Shown: positions 60,444 through 64,000 of the stretch, piece by piece
Position numbering within the stretch: the stretch's first letter is position 1
How the letters are laid out: the number at the start of each line of letters is the position of its first letter
From: Haliotis rubra
Taxonomy: Eukaryota
DNA: 64,000 nt
NCBI RefSeq assembly: GCF_003918875.1
Contig: NW_025767730.1
Span: 186,001 to 250,000 of the forward strand
Direction of reading: 5' to 3'
Made by a program: the position numbers and the translations under genes
Notes under the pieces: model-generated
Told to the model about the DNA's origin: nothing
Database searches by the model: none
What the model saw: only the letters and a program-made list of their open reading frames with translations

Positions 60444-63400
60444 GGCCGCACCTCGTTTGTCTTACTCAATCCTGGTGTTCAAAAACTTCTGGCTTTCACA
60501 GTTCATTTCCCCTGACCAAAGTTTCACCACAACGAGAGTATTGCCGGAATGCACCAGTCAAACCTTTATCTGCATCTGTAAACAGGGTTTACATTATACA
60601 CACACTAAAAACACAAACAAACAGCTGACGAGCTCAGAGTAACATCCTTATGGAGCTACAACATGAACGCAATTCACTGTCATGTAATATCAAGTGATAC
60701 TCAATTTCAGCCCTCAGACATATTCCGGATGTTTGACAGTGACCAGTGACCTGACCGAATCTGAACCAGACAATCCAGTGATTGATATTATGAACATCGC
60801 ACCACTCATAGCATAGGTAACTGGGAACCCATTCCAAGAAGGCGCATCAACTGGCACGCAAAATAACACATACACTCGCAAAGTGGATATGCCCGAAAGC
60901 ATTTACAAAATATTGCAAACTTCATTAAAATGTTACCAGGCTAAAACAGTTTCCGAAACACTGGAAACTTGAAGTCCGAAACACAGAAGGATCGAATTCA
61001 TCAGTTCGAATAATTACTCGTTTGTTTCCTATAACCAAACATTAAACCAGAGTGTTTTGTTCGGCAGTTTATGTACACGCTGAAGGAAAAGACGTGATAT
61101 AATTTGTTGTTATAGTCCGAATTAGTAGATATATATTCATGTATGCCGTTCCTTGGCTTTACTCTCATTTTACACACGTAGCCGATGCTAATTCCGATTC
61201 TAATTAGTGACTGTATAGTGATAGGGTGTATGTTCTTACCGCTGGATTTGAATGCATGTCACAGTGGTACCAAGGCATCCCTATAAACTGTAGAGTTCTA
61301 GTCCGGACCAACATCGTACATAACTCTCTTTACTGCAGCAATTCTTGAAACGCTTATTCAATGCGTTTGTTACATGCTTGTACAAGACTCAGTCCCACCC
61401 ATACAGGACGTACCGCTACCCGCTTAACTGAGCCGGTGATGTCTGTCATCTCACGCCGGGACAGCTGTAGCTGCGAGGCTGACATTCCGGGTGACATATA
61501 TTGATTTTTCCAACTGCGGTTATTGATCTTTAACAACAACATTCGTCTTGTCAAATGTGTTGACACGCATGGATAGCCGTGTTTGAAATAGCGATTATAA
61601 CATCTAAATGGTGATGAACTCACGATAAGGGTATATTCATGAAAGTGTAACTACACATATAGATCGAATATACGTCACTAATGGCGAGATCTGGTTGGAT
61701 GCTGGCAGGTATACCCTTTCAGCAAAAACATGTGTGCTGCCGAGAAGCATTTGTGAAATTAAACCTGATCTCTACTTATCTTCCTAACTCATCTTCACTA
61801 TCAACAACTTACCTCATGAATAGGAATACCTATCCGGAATAGGAACACATGCAGGGGGAGATAACTGCTCTTGTTTACAAGATCGTGATAGGTCTGTCAT
61901 CCATCCATCTTGTTTTCTATCACAGTTTAACCGAGTTAATCAATATTCATGAGGTTCTTGGCAGTTCGTCAAAGCTGACTGCTTAAACATGTGCGTTGTA
62001 GTTTGACGCTGTAGATGCTGGCCCGGCTTAACAGGCCGACGGCTGTCTCGCATCGGTGGACAATCAATTTGTCTTTATATGTGATCAATAGGTTCCTGTT
62101 CTCAGTTGAAGTATTCGATCTGCTTAGAAGGCTGGAGGTAAAGGCATGATGAAACTTATCAGAGTATGGAGACAGGGATGACTGTAAAATGTAACTCCCA
62201 TGTTCACATGGTGCATTCTGGTTTGAACAATGGATTCCACAGAGGTATGCATAGACTTTGTTGGAAACGTATGTGGACCTGCCTACTCATCTATACCATA
62301 TTCGTACAGAATCTTGTATAAACAAATTTTACTTGTTTCAGTATTTATTGTGTTAAACGGGACGTGTGGGTACTAGATACTGCAGTTCGGTGTGCAGAGT
62401 TACCTCCCATTGGTGTTCGAGAAACTGGTGATCGTGGTTCGAAAACGTCCCTGATTATGACACTTGTTTTGTCATACGTCCTGGGGTTGTGAAACATCTG
62501 GCTATTCACCCACACGTAGCTCACATGTAATTAAGATCCTCTTCCAAGCCGCCTTCCTTCATACCCACTAACTCAATCTCGATTCATAAACCTTTAACTG
62601 GAACCTGTGTCTTAGGCAGTGGCAAAACTACATATAGGCAATAAACAACTTCGTGCACACAATGATTTTATTTGCCAATCGTGACCATTCATCGGCCCGA
62701 CCTTTGTCAAAGGAAAAGCAATATTGGAGAAACGCTAAGCTTCCGATAAAAAACAGCGAAAACTATGCGACGGTAAAGTTCGGGCCGAGATGAGAAGCAC
62801 ACCCAGAAATACAGAGGTGTTTAAGGTAAACACGATGTGTGCTTCTTTACTCGACAGTCCATTTCCGCCACTTTGCATGGCATGTGTATATTACACAGAA
62901 GAGTTTCTACAGTTTTGAATCGGAGTTGTGACTTGTATTCAAGGTTAGGCTCTACAAGAATATAGACTTTTCACACTTTGAAAAGGATCAAATCGTGGAT
63001 TCAATAGAAAACTATGATGTGGGGTCAAATTTGGTTTAAATATCTAAGCTTATTGTAGCGTGGTTTCTAGGTTTCAGTATGTCATTGCATCTTGTGGATC
63101 CCATACCTGCTATTGACAAGTGGTGTTTATTTGTCAATGACTCGTTTCATGATTTCCAAAATGGTTGATTGGTGCCATGAAAACCATTTTTATGGTTACT
63201 CATGTATCAAGTGCATAAAGTTAAAATAAAGTCGCTGTCTGCCTAAAGAGGGATTACGACATATTATTTATCCAGTCTTAAATGGATACAATTTCGTATT
63301 ACAAATCTACATTTAAGTAAAGTTGTGAATTTTTATGATCCTTATCAAAGTGTGAGTAGTATATTTGAGTCTACTATCACAACATATACTGGATGATACG

Positions 63401-64000
63401 ATGATTCAACATCAAATATACTGAGGGAAACAAATAAGGGAACGCCACTTCATGGCAATGTTCCTATACTTATTCTCAGATTTCCCCCCCCACTGCGCTA
63501 TTCAAAGCTGGTGATTAAAACTTGATGATATTAAAGGAACGCTTGATATTTCCGAGTTCCTGTCTTTGTTTCTCTCAGTATATATATATATGTATAAAAG
63601 TGTCTCATATACTTTATAGGCTTTATAAGCGTTTTGTGAGAGTAACACACACATGAACAGATTCTATCAGTCTCATGTGAACATTATCTTTGTTTAGAAG
63701 GACCACATCTAGCACTAGCAATAACATTCAATGTACACTACATGTAATATGTTTTTCATAGTACAAAAACTTTGAAATACAAGATGTACGATGGTAAAAA
63801 CATACTTTTCGTTTTTCAGTAAAGACTCAATACACGTTACGGTTTCGCCCAACCTGTTCTAATGGTGATGGTAGAAAAGATTTCATGGAATACAGGTGCC
63901 ACTGAGATTGTCATAACTTTGCAAGCGATAAAAAATCTAAAGATTGAATATTTATACCTTTCATGAAACGTTGGGTCTATGGGGGCATGTGGGTTTCTCA

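Noticed and set aside
61900-64000. Additional gene at the window end
   Set aside because: No ORF of 60 aa or more in the track and no recognisable exon chain. It is probably upstream or intergenic sequence.

Overview
This is AT-rich, intron-rich animal genomic DNA. It is probably a gastropod mollusc such as abalone, inferred from the SINE and repeat families and not proven. By following splice sites and codon phase by hand I reconstructed these spliced genes: the 5' part of ERMP1 (-), ZRANB2 (+), LRRC42 (-), HSPB11/IFT25 (+), two tandem protein-identical ACOT13 copies (+), and an unnamed ~496-aa gene (-) encoding coiled-coil + death-domain-like + CARD-like regions. ERMP1/ZRANB2 and LRRC42/HSPB11 are each head-to-head about 0.4 kb apart, and I recall the LRRC42/HSPB11 arrangement also occurring in human. 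Introns hold a structurally complete but decayed DIRS1-type tyrosine-recombinase retrotransposon (inverted termini plus an internal complementary region), the 5' end of a second DIRS element, a Kolobok-like element with a THAP remnant, Helentron-like (HINE) repeats, MITEs and three SINE families. Two large satellites (82-90 bp and 80 bp units) are built from splice-site-bearing sequence. Single-base deletions break ERMP1 and ZRANB2, and probably LRRC42, which most likely reflects assembly error. No prokaryotic systems, CRISPR arrays, rRNA or true tRNA genes were seen.
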